From: an uncultured Anaerolineae bacterium
GTDB taxonomy: Bacteria; Chloroflexota; Anaerolineae; DAOTYC01
Assembly: GCA_964589015.1 (NCBI GenBank)
Contig: CAZPTF010000001.1
Location: 1-61,468 of the forward strand
Length of the DNA stretch: 61,468 nucleotides
Direction: 5' to 3'
Position numbers and translations under genes: made by a program. Positions 53,201-60,194 of this stretch are shown piece by piece. Under the pieces are notes generated by a model that worked only from the letters and a program-made list of their open reading frames with translations, did no database searches and had not been told where the DNA came from. Position 1 is the stretch's first letter, and every line of letters begins with the position of its first letter.

Positions 53201-55428
53201 AGATACTCGATACGCAACAGCCCGCATTGCTCAAGGTTGGGGGAGGTGACACGCCAGCCGCGCTGCAGATCGCGGTAAAGGAAGTAAGCGAGAACAGAAC
53301 GCAGTGCACGCCGGGTTTCCTGCAAGGCGGGGCCACGGATTTCAGGATCATTGGCGTACAAGTCGATGGGCAAATCCATGGCGCGTTCGACATGCTGCAC
53401 GAGTTCGTCGTACGCCAGGCCCGCTTCCCCAACGCGCTGCATGGCCCGGAATAACGCAGATCGAATCAGGCCAACTTCAACAAAGTCGTTGAAATGCCCG
53501 GCTTGTAGCGAGGCGTCCTGTCGATTGTCTGTGAAGCTAAGCAGCTTGCGTGCTTTGTCTTCGAGGGTTTCTTCAACCCTAAGCTTTAGAATTGTCGAGA
53601 GTGCCAGGACCGACGTCGCTGTGCTTCGACCATCTACGCCGATTGTCGCGAGTTTTGAGAGGTCAGACCGCTGCCGTGCACTGTACGCCACGCTGCATTC
53701 AGGATTCAGGCAGAAGCGAAACGGCGTCGGAACGAATGCGAAGGCGAGGCCGTTTTCGGCCGGCCGACCATTCGGCGCAAGTCGCATGATCTCTGGCACC
53801 GGTTGCTTACGTTTGACGCGTCGAGTGCCGTCCGGACGTGTCTCGATCCAGTCGTCAGGAATGCGCTCCATCACGTCTTCGAAATCGCCGGTCCATGGAT
53901 GCTCACTCGAGAAATACAGGTAGCCCGTCTCGTACTCCTCGGAGATCGTCCGCTCGAATCTCTCCTTCGGGATGACCGGATCGTCCTTGCCGTGTATGGG
54001 TCGATCGACGCGATAGTAGGGCTGGCCACACTCGCGGCAGAAGACGAGCGGAAGCAAGATGCGATCACGGTCGCCCGGGACAAACTGCTGGCCACGAAGC
54101 GTCAAGAACCTTCGGTCCTCGGGCTCGAGGGATGACCAGATGGTATCTCCGCGTGTGATGAACTGGTGCAGTCGAAACGGGAAAAGTGGAAACCCGGTTT
54201 CATCGTCCAGCAGGCTGGCGCCGGCACGCAGGCAGTCTTGGACTGCGTGCTCTGCGGCAGCTCGATCACTATTCGTCAAGGTCGCTAATTCAAGTGCGGC
54301 CCCTTCGTCTCCGCTGATCGCTCGGGGCGTCTGACGTACCAGCTTCCCCGTGCATTCCTCGCGCCTTAGCCCAAAGACCGACTCAATCCAGGAAGCCAGC
54401 GCGTTCTCGCGAAACTCCTCGGCCTTGCCGGGTATCTGGCTCGGGTCAAGCACGACCGAACGTAGCGAATCGACATTATTGGCTGAATCAAAGTCGATGT
54501 CCGCGGTGATACGCCGCAGGCTCTCGCCGACAACCTGCTGAGGTCCAACTTCTTGGCCGAAAACCTCCGAAGCAACCGCCGCGACTGTCCGCGCCTGGGC
54601 TTCGCTATCGCCTTCCGAGGCCATCGTTGCCGAGGTTCCAATGCAGATCAGGTCGTCCCCGCTGAACGCCTCCCGGCACCGGCGAACTAGCATCGCTACA
54701 TCGGCGCCTTGACGCCCGCGATACGTGTGCAGCTCGTCCAAGATCAAAAACCGGAGGTTGCTTGCGTGTTCCACCAGCTGGCGTTCATCTACCCGCGTCA
54801 GAATGAGTTCGAGCATCACGTAGTTGGTGAGCAGAATGTCCGGCGGCTCGCGGAGAATGCGCTCCCGAGCAGCTGCATCCTCCTGCCCCGTGTAGCGGGC
54901 GTACGTAACCGGCGAGGTCCCCTCCCCGTATCCCAGCTTCAGGAACTTGTCGAGCTCCTCTTTTTGGCTGTTCGCCAGCGCATTCATCGGATAGACGACA
55001 ATCGCCTGCACCCCGCGGCCGGTGCCGTTTCGCAAAACGTAATCCACGGCGGGAATGATGTAGGCCAGGCTCTTGCCCGACCCCGTGCCTGTCGTGAGAA
55101 CGTAGGGCAAGCTCCGCTGGGCCAAACGGATCGCCTCAGTTTGGTGGCGGTGCAGCCGCAGAGGTCTGCCGTAGGGATCTTGAACCGTCTTCATTCGAAA
55201 CATCCTGCTGCACTCGGGCTGCAGGACTCCACTCTGCACGAGCTCGTCGACGGTCTCGCCCGTTTCGAACGCCGGGTTCAGCTGCAGGAGCGGTTCGGGC
55301 CAGAGCAGGCCCTGCTCAATCTCGGCGGTTACAGCCTGAAGAATGCGTTCGTCCCCGATGCGTATGAAGCTCCGAATATACGCCGCGTAGTCCGCGACGA
55401 CACGACGATGAAGTTCAAACACGTCCAT
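50242..55428 (-). CDS. drmA: 1728-aa fusion of DExH helicase, DUF1998-like Cys-rich domain and C-terminal DUF559/Vsr-like endonuclease; DrmA+DrmB-like
   Basis: Helicase motifs 'TGTGSGKS', 'LILDELHTY', 'GTSATM' and 'YAQRSGRAGR'. DUF1998-like Cys clusters 'CSVCGYG....CDNCH' and 'GCEAACYDCLLEYGNQ'. C-terminal 'ADFFYKDANAAVYVDGPPHD......D..R...L...GYLVIRFHH'. Confidence 0.85.
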   Translation of the reverse strand: MDVFELHRRVVADYAAYIRSFIRIGDERILQAVTAEIEQGLLWPEPLLQLNPAFETGETVDELVQSGVLQPECSRMFRMKTVQDPYGRPLRLHRHQTEAIRLAQRSLPYVLTTGTGSGKSLAYIIPAVDYVLRNGTGRGVQAIVVYPMNALANSQKEELDKFLKLGYGEGTSPVTYARYTGQEDAAARERILREPPDILLTNYVMLELILTRVDERQLVEHASNLRFLILDELHTYRGRQGADVAMLVRRCREAFSGDDLICIGTSATMASEGDSEAQARTVAAVASEVFGQEVGPQQVVGESLRRITADIDFDSANNVDSLRSVVLDPSQIPGKAEEFRENALASWIESVFGLRREECTGKLVRQTPRAISGDEGAALELATLTNSDRAAAEHAVQDCLRAGASLLDDETGFPLFPFRLHQFITRGDTIWSSLEPEDRRFLTLRGQQFVPGDRDRILLPLVFCRECGQPYYRVDRPIHGKDDPVIPKERFERTISEEYETGYLYFSSEHPWTGDFEDVMERIPDDWIETRPDGTRRVKRKQPVPEIMRLAPNGRPAENGLAFAFVPTPFRFCLNPECSVAYSARQRSDLSKLATIGVDGRSTATSVLALSTILKLRVEETLEDKARKLLSFTDNRQDASLQAGHFNDFVEVGLIRSALFRAMQRVGEAGLAYDELVQHVERAMDLPIDLYANDPEIRGPALQETRRALRSVLAYFLYRDLQRGWRVTSPNLEQCGLLRIEYLGLDDAACDMQFWQDRHAHATLIASTAAQRADVIRTLLDHMRRSLAVKEDTLNPTYQERISEQSRQRLRDPWVIEDPATMERAGVAWPRSRGARERHEDIFVSPQSNFGLYLRRPGVMTHTEGQLTLDDTATIVADLFQGLKKWGLVEEVRSPRQGGDVPGYQVPASVMHWRAGDGSCPLVDPLRVTRETDVDRAANQYFVEFYKTFADSGAGLEAREHTAQVPSDVRIEREQRFRAGDLPILFCSPTMELGVDIAQLNVVNMRNVPPTPANYAQRSGRAGRSGQPALVYTYCSGFSPHDQYYFRHPNGMVCGAVSAPRLDLLNRDLIQAHVHAVWLSEAQMNLGQTLTDVLVVTEDDLSLPLKSEIEERLRDATVRLRALERAKTLLQRIGPELGEAPWYRDDWVDDVLARLPQTFDEACTRWRSLYKAAVQQRHLQNQVIGDHSRPAIDRERAKRLRAQAESQIQLLTSPQGVIEGDFYSYRYFASEAFLPGYSFPRLPLSAFIPARRGRRGRDEYLSRPRFLAISEFGPQALVYHEGARYVINKVNLAFDREGQDLTKATMKACSVCGYGHLVASGPGVDICDNCHQPLYPRDEIREMVRLQNVTARRKDRITSDEEERQRIGYEIRTSFRFSDVDAIPDVRTAEVASGPCHIATLKYGDTATIWRVNLGWLRRSNPNEKGFLLDVERGYWARNREVEDGDRDDPMSRRVERVVPYVEDRRNALTVEFEVRHDASVMASLQSALKQAIQQLYQLEPEELAAEAMPSRDDRRLLFFYEAAEGGAGVLRQLVEDADALSRIARTAIEICHFDPDTGEDHGGEAGNGVGCEAACYDCLLEYGNQLDHRIIDRKKVIDVLRDLAQATVRTAPGRQTREDLLAALNQGCDSQLEKKWLRKVEEKRLRVPSHGQHLISACRTRADFFYKDANAAVYVDGPPHDEPDQQAEDQRITDCLLAAGYLVIRFHHAADWDAVFRQYRDIFGGSQ

Positions 55429-55437
55429 GGAATGCCT

Positions 55438-55638
55438 CTATCGTTTCGGCGCCTTACGCTTGGCAAGGTCGGTGAGCACCGTTGCGAGTTCCTTCTTAGA
55501 ATAAAGCCGGTAGCCTGTGATCGGGTGCCGACGTGCCTGCAGCTTGCCCGCCCGATCCCACCGGCGCATCGTGTCCTTGCTTACGCCCAGGAACTCGGCA
55601 GCCTCGCCGACCGTCAGGTACTCGTTGAGTTTCGCCAC
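55438..55638 (-). CDS. MerR/excisionase-type HTH_17 DNA-binding protein (66 aa)
   Basis: 'LTVGEAAEFLGVSKDTMRRWDRAGKLQARRHPITGYRLYSKKEL'. The GTG start is preceded by GGGGAG. It ends 9 nt before the DrmA-like gene. Confidence 0.8.
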   Translation of the reverse strand: MAKLNEYLTVGEAAEFLGVSKDTMRRWDRAGKLQARRHPITGYRLYSKKELATVLTDLAKRKAPKR

Positions 55639-56126
55639 GGCAATGCTCCCCGAGGGTTAGGCAGCATTATGCAATAGGTCGGCGTCGCGGTCCAGGGGTA
55701 GAGCCGGACTGGCCGTTCGTGTTAATGCGGGCACGGCTATCCGGAAGAGCCGTCGCGCGGCGACCAAGCCCGCCCGACGCTGCTCAAATGTCGACGACGA
55801 CTCCACTCGGTCCCAAACCATGGTCGGGCCCCCGTCATCTCCGGGATCCTCGTGGGCGGACCACACAATCGCGGTGGCTCCACCAGCCGGAAACCGGTCG
55901 ACGAGTCGGAATGCCGACTGGAACGGCTCGTCGGCGGACGTCTGGGCTGGGCCGTTCGAAACGTAACGTATTCATTGATAGATGTTTACGGAATGCTCTC
56001 CTCCCCCCAGCAAACGTGATTGTCTGGCTCAGCTACAGCCGCATCCGCACGGCGCGAACCCAGGTCCCACAGGACGTTACCGGCCTTCGTGACGTGCTCT
56101 GATGACGGGCTCTCCTGCGGAAGAAA

Positions 56127-56159
56127 CATGCTTGACACATCAAGCATGCTTGATATGTT
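56127..56159 (+). promoter_or_regulatory. sigma70-like promoter with embedded palindromic operator upstream of the XRE/pAgo operon
   Basis: -35 TTGACA (56132-56137), a 16-nt spacer, and -10 TATGTT (56154-56159). The palindrome CATGCTTGA-caca-TCAAGCATG spans 56127-56148 and overlaps the perfect 14-mer palindrome TCAAGCATGCTTGA (56140-56153). The SD GGAGGA is at 56170-56175 and the ATG at 56184. Confidence 0.55.
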
Positions 56160-56183
56160 ACGCAAAAATGGAGGATTCACCGG

Positions 56184-56531
56184 ATGCATTGCTTGGGACC
56201 AATGCTCGCAGAAGCTCGCACCCGTAAGAGGCTCAGCCAGCGTGCCGTGGAGGCAGAAACGGGGATTTCGAACGCTTACCTGAGCCAGATTGAAGGCGGC
56301 AAGGTTCGCAAACCGTCGCCGACCATGCTTCACAAGCTCGCCGAGCTCTACGAGTTGGACTACGCCACGGTACTTGATTGGGCCGGTTACCCTGTGCCTT
56401 CAGCAGAATCGCGCAAACAAGCATCGCGACTCGCAGCACGCATCGGCCCAACCACGGAGAAGGAGGAAGACGCGATCGCCGAGTACCTAGCCTTCCTGCG
56501 GTCAAAGAAGCGGAAGGGAGGAAGTAAGTGA
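56184..56531 (+). CDS. XRE (Cro/CI)-family HTH transcriptional regulator
   Basis: 'LSQRAVEAETGISNAYLSQIEGGKVRKPSPTMLHKLAELY'. A strong SD precedes the start. Its stop overlaps the next start (GTGA). Confidence 0.88.
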   Translation: MHCLGPMLAEARTRKRLSQRAVEAETGISNAYLSQIEGGKVRKPSPTMLHKLAELYELDYATVLDWAGYPVPSAESRKQASRLAARIGPTTEKEEDAIAEYLAFLRSKKRKGGSK

Positions 56532-57463
56532 TCTGGTCAATCTCAGCGAGCCGGACCTTCCGCCGTTGCCAGCGACAGTGGTACTTCAAGAGCCTAGTGG
56601 CAAACGCCAACGCGAAGAAGGATCCAGTTCGTCGAAGGGCATACCTGCTCAGCAAGCTTCAGAGCATCTGGGCGTGGCGTGGCCAGATCGTAGATAGTGT
56701 CATCAGCGACCGTCTTGTTCGAGCGATCAACGCGGGTGGTACGATTACGCTTGCTGACGCAAGAGCTGAGGCCCGTCGTCTGTTTGATCTTCAGTTGGCT
56801 TTCGCCCGAGAGCATCGGCTGCACGAGCCGGGCATGTCGGTCACCAAGGCCGGCGATGCGTTTGCGGCTTTCTACTGCATGGAATACGACGGCGAAATAG
56901 ACGACAATGAGATCGAACGGGCGTGGCAGGACGTGGAAATGGCGCTAGGCACGCTCTACAAACTCCGGGACGTCGCCGACGCAATGAAGTCCGCACGATA
57001 TTTGGTGGCTCAACGCGCTCTCTGCTTCAGCCATTCGGGCGAAACCGTTCGTGCGGTGCCCGATTTGATCGCGTTCCACGATGATCAGCCACCAATGATC
57101 ATTGACTGGAAGGTCCACACCCTTGGTCAGCATGAGGCTTGGCTCCAGCTCGGCACTTACGCCGTCGCGCTGGCCTTGTGCAGCCCGCACAACGATTTCC
57201 CACAGGGCAGGCAGTGGGTTGCCACCGACATCCGGCTGCTGGAGGTCCAACTACTCACGGGTGTGGTTAGACAGCATCACGTCACTGAAGAATCGGCCCG
57301 CGATATTGACGCCTACATTGCCGATAGCGTCAATCAAATCCGCCTGGCCATGCAACGCAAGGACAAACGTGCATTGGCACCTGAGGACTTCCCGACGACA
57401 TCGTATGCCGAGGCGTGCTCTTGGTGTCCCTACAAGGTGCTATGTTGGGAGGAAGAGGTGTGA
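56528..57463 (+). CDS. PD-(D/E)xK nuclease, Cas4/RecB/AddB-like with four Fe-S-type cysteines
   Basis: 'VPDLIAF' (D179), 'IIDWKV' (D193-x-K195) and 'WLQLGTYAVA' (QhxxY). The cysteines are C14 and 'CSWCPYKVLC' (C297, C300, C306). Confidence 0.82.
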   Translation: MIWSISASRTFRRCQRQWYFKSLVANANAKKDPVRRRAYLLSKLQSIWAWRGQIVDSVISDRLVRAINAGGTITLADARAEARRLFDLQLAFAREHRLHEPGMSVTKAGDAFAAFYCMEYDGEIDDNEIERAWQDVEMALGTLYKLRDVADAMKSARYLVAQRALCFSHSGETVRAVPDLIAFHDDQPPMIIDWKVHTLGQHEAWLQLGTYAVALALCSPHNDFPQGRQWVATDIRLLEVQLLTGVVRQHHVTEESARDIDAYIADSVNQIRLAMQRKDKRALAPEDFPTTSYAEACSWCPYKVLCWEEEV

Positions 57464-59838
57464 CGACACTGCGTATGAACACGTTTCCTATCACGAACCT
57501 CTCCGAGCTTGTCTCCGAGTACCGGCTGTATCGCATTCGTGGGCTTCGAGCCGGTCACCCGGAGTACTTCCAGAACAAGCAGATTCTCATCAGAAAGCTC
57601 AGCTACAGACTTCGTAGCCCGGTGACCGTCATCGAACGGGACGGAGAGCCCTATCTTGTCCTCCGCGCTGATACGAGTGAGCCTCCGTCGCCTTTCGTTC
57701 TTATCCGAACCAATGTCCTTTTTGACCAGTGCCCTGGTAGCTTCGAACTCGATTACACGAAGCGGTCACAGGACAACGACGAGATCTGCCTGCGGTTCTT
57801 GAATTTCATGCTGCAGCATCCTCTGTCTCAGTCTCCCTCGCTCTGGCAGCCAGGCGCCGGACAACCCTTCTTTCTGAAGGAGCCCGCAGAGAAGCAGCGT
57901 GGAATAGATAGGTATATTGGATTTGCGGTCCGGGCGATCATAACGCCTGACGGAGGGATGGGACTCTGCGTTGACTTGCGGACGAAGTTTGTGGCGAGCA
58001 GCCCGCTGCCCGCCACGGTTTCGCGAGATCAGTTCAGACGATGGAAGGGGCGCCACTGTATCTACAGGTATGGCCATCAGTGGTTCGATGTTCAATTGAG
58101 CGAGTTGTCTGACCTGACGGTATCAGAGACTCTGATCCCACTCAAAGGTGAGCAAGTACCTCTTGCGGATTTCATAATCGCGCAGGCACGGAAGCCGATC
58201 CCAAGAGAGCTTGCGGACCTGCCGCATGACGGTTCGGTATTGCTGTACGACAACAACAGACGCGAGACCCGTGCAGCACCGACATCGCTTTGCTACCCAG
58301 TTTTTGACACTCAGAGCAGTGAGGTGCAGCGTAACCACCGTAAAGCAGTGCCGCCACCACACCTGCGATACAGCCAGATTCTGCGTTTTGTCCGGGAGCA
58401 CTTACGGGAGCTCAGATTCGGTCGTACGCTTGTACGTGTAGCGTCGCAACCCCTGTCCCTCCCGCAGAAGATGTTCACGGTGCCTGATCTTGAGTTCGGG
58501 AACGGCAAGGTCTTGTCTGTACGCGGCACACCGGGGGCAGCCCACGTCAGCCTAGACAGTCTCGGACGACACCGCAGCGCGCTGCTACGCGATAGGTCAG
58601 CCGGATTCTACCTCACTGACCCCCTGCATCGGCAATATTTCATGTTGCCGCAGAGCATCGCAGATAGTGCCGGCGAGCGGTACCGACACGATCTTGCAGA
58701 TGCGGTGGATTCATTGTTTCCCCAAGAGCACGGCTACGATCCCGTTGTCGTCACATACAACGATCGCCGAGCCAGGACGTTCCTTGAGCAAGGTAAGGCG
58801 ATCCTGGAGGCCGCTCGGGAACACTGCCCAAAACCCGGTTATGCGCTGGTGATGATCCACGAGACGCAGGATCGGCGCATCCGTCAACACGATCAACTGG
58901 CCGCAATGGTCATTCGCGAGCTACGTGGCTTGGACGTGATTGCTGCGGTCAACCACTCGTCAATGGTGACTGACTGCTACGAGATGGTGCATCTTGGGAA
59001 TGGGTCGCCCCGCTACGAGCCTTGCCGGAGACACAGGGGCAAGCTCGCCGGATACTTGCGTAACGTGGCGTTGAACAAAGTGTTGCTAACAAGCGAACGA
59101 TGGCCATTCGTGCTCGCCACGCCGCTGCACGCTGATGTCACCGTAGGTATCGATGTGAAAGAGAACACCGCTGGCTTCACAGTAGTTGCGTCGCGTGGGC
59201 GGATCATCCGCACGCAGTGCTTTGAGTCCAGTCAGCGAGAGAAGTTGCTTGCGGGACAAATCACAAAGCATCTAGTGGATCTGATCTCCGCGGAACGAGC
59301 GTCCATCCCGGAGCCGCTCCGACACATCGTAGTGCACCGGGATGGCCGTGCATTCGACACGGAACTCGAAGGCGCGCAGCGTGCCCTACAGGTGCTTCGA
59401 GACACCGGGATCGCGGACGCCAATTCGACCATGACCGTATTGGAGATAACGAAGTCATCGCTTGTCCCGGCGCGTGTGTTTGAGGTTACTCGTCGCCAGA
59501 ACGGGCGCGACTGGGTAGAAAACCCGCAGGTTGGAACGTACTACATCAACAATGCCGGCGAAGGGTATCTCTGTGCGACAGGCCGTGCCTTCCCGCGAGA
59601 TGGAACAGTGCAGCCGCTTCATGTCCGCTGTGTAACGGAAGGTCTGGATTTCGAGAAATGCTTGGAAGATCTCTATGCGCTGACCACGCTGGCGTGGACA
59701 CGTCCGGAGGATTGCACACGATATCCAATCACGATCAAACTGACCGACCGTCGTCTTGGCGAGGATGCAGGGGAGTACGACGCAGATGCCTTGGAGTTCG
59801 ACGAGCAGAGAATAGCAGTGAAGGAGACGACCACATGA
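57460..59838 (+). CDS. long prokaryotic Argonaute (pAgo) with an apparently complete DEDD PIWI tetrad
   Basis: PIWI signatures, numbered from the ORF opening at 57415: 'VTVGIDVKE' (D580, 59152-59154), 'SQREKLL' (E609), 'IVVHRDGR' (D643, 59341-59343), 'GTYYINNAGEGYLCATG' and 'YPITIKLTDRRL' (D778, 59746-59748). The GTG at 57460 overlaps the nuclease stop (GTGA) after 'GGGAGGAAGAGG'; an alternative ATG lies at 57475. Confidence 0.85.
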   Translation: MTTLRMNTFPITNLSELVSEYRLYRIRGLRAGHPEYFQNKQILIRKLSYRLRSPVTVIERDGEPYLVLRADTSEPPSPFVLIRTNVLFDQCPGSFELDYTKRSQDNDEICLRFLNFMLQHPLSQSPSLWQPGAGQPFFLKEPAEKQRGIDRYIGFAVRAIITPDGGMGLCVDLRTKFVASSPLPATVSRDQFRRWKGRHCIYRYGHQWFDVQLSELSDLTVSETLIPLKGEQVPLADFIIAQARKPIPRELADLPHDGSVLLYDNNRRETRAAPTSLCYPVFDTQSSEVQRNHRKAVPPPHLRYSQILRFVREHLRELRFGRTLVRVASQPLSLPQKMFTVPDLEFGNGKVLSVRGTPGAAHVSLDSLGRHRSALLRDRSAGFYLTDPLHRQYFMLPQSIADSAGERYRHDLADAVDSLFPQEHGYDPVVVTYNDRRARTFLEQGKAILEAAREHCPKPGYALVMIHETQDRRIRQHDQLAAMVIRELRGLDVIAAVNHSSMVTDCYEMVHLGNGSPRYEPCRRHRGKLAGYLRNVALNKVLLTSERWPFVLATPLHADVTVGIDVKENTAGFTVVASRGRIIRTQCFESSQREKLLAGQITKHLVDLISAERASIPEPLRHIVVHRDGRAFDTELEGAQRALQVLRDTGIADANSTMTVLEITKSSLVPARVFEVTRRQNGRDWVENPQVGTYYINNAGEGYLCATGRAFPRDGTVQPLHVRCVTEGLDFEKCLEDLYALTTLAWTRPEDCTRYPITIKLTDRRLGEDAGEYDADALEFDEQRIAVKETTT

Positions 59839-60194
59839 GCGGAATCGAGGTACATCCGGGCGTGTATTCGAAGATTCGCGCTTACGCGGAGCTTGTAGAT
59901 CGAGTGTTGGGCGAACTGCGCCGGGGACACGTGTCCGATACGGGTGTTCAGCGGCTGCGACTTAGCTCGCTACTGATGGCCGTTGGCGACGGTGAACGAA
60001 TTAGTGCGGACGCGAAATTGCTGGAATGGATGCTTCGCGAAGGCGGATGCCCCTCCCCCAAGCGGTTGAACGAGATGGGGCATCAACTGGATTCGGGCGA
60101 CTCCTCGCCAGAGCTGTTGATTGATCTTGAGTCACTGGCCAAGACTTTGGAACGGGAGCGCGCAAGCGCCTTCGCGAGGATGCGCGGACGATGA
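59835..60194 (+). CDS. hypothetical protein (119 aa), pAgo-operon accessory
   Basis: ATGA overlap with the pAgo stop. The composition is helical and protein-like. No motif recognised. Confidence 0.65.
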   Translation: MSGIEVHPGVYSKIRAYAELVDRVLGELRRGHVSDTGVQRLRLSSLLMAVGDGERISADAKLLEWMLREGGCPSPKRLNEMGHQLDSGDSSPELLIDLESLAKTLERERASAFARMRGR

